From a virus: a stretch of 64,000 nucleotides of DNA. Below, in pieces: positions 63,624 through 64,000 of the stretch (position 1 is the stretch's first letter; every line of letters begins with the position of its first letter). The stretch is from positions 11,658 through 75,657 of the IMG/VR virus record IMGVR_UViG_3300025425_000009, one strand, 5' to 3'. The translations under genes and the position numbers were made by a program. The notes under the pieces are model-generated. The model was not told the DNA's origin and ran no database searches. It was given only the letters and a program-made list of their open reading frames with translations.

Positions 63624-64000
63624 CTTATACATGAATAATCTACAAGAGCTTAAAAACGAAATCCAGAAGGCAGTACCAGAGATACCAGAGATACTGGAGT
63701 TAAAGGAGGGTTGTCTTCTCTGGAATACTTACCAGACCCCAGATATAGGATGTGGATATAATTTTGTTAGGCAACAAGGAGAAAGTATGTTAGTTCGTAC
63801 CCCACAGCATTGGAAAAAGAGAGGTGGACAGATGGTATCGGTTGACGCTAAAAAATCAAACGGAGATTATGTGTTTATAACTCTCGGAAGACCTATAACC
63901 CTCGAAGATGTGATGGTGATGATGGATAAGGTCTTAAAAGAATACGCTTGGGAATATCTAATAAGTCCAGAGGGGGTATTTTGGAGGGACTGGGGAGAGG

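Overview
The window is about 64 kb of a long-tailed dsDNA phage with an HK97-fold head and a lambda-like tail, using the standard genetic code. The host is probably Patescibacteria/CPR-like (inference from tRNA-Ile(UAU), tRNA-Arg(UCG), A-rich leaders without Shine-Dalgarno sites and apparently leaderless genes). The + strand from 1 to 33 kb carries replication genes (SNF2 helicase, primase-helicase, PolB, RecA, RuvC-like resolvase) and a T4-like cytosine hypermodification set (dCTPase-like pyrophosphatase, dCMP hydroxymethylase, dNMP kinase, beta-glucosyltransferase homologue) extended by a methyltransferase, a degenerate UDG-fold protein and a nucleotidyltransferase. The same strand has a Ro60/TROVE gene with two Y RNAs, three large tRNA-scaffolded ncRNAs, 22 tRNAs, and nrdB followed by a stand-alone NrdA-tail-like CxxCQ peptide and a glutaredoxin. 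The - strand from 33 to 60 kb holds lysis, tail, head, terminase and RNA ligase genes. From 60.9 kb onward are early genes behind a triplicated promoter. The best novelty candidates are the Ro60/Y-RNA/tRNA-like RNA cluster, the extended hmC glycosylation pathway, the split RNR redox tail, a 63-bp-period array next to terL and a duplicated leader/terminator motif. All calls come from reading the sequence; no searches were run.
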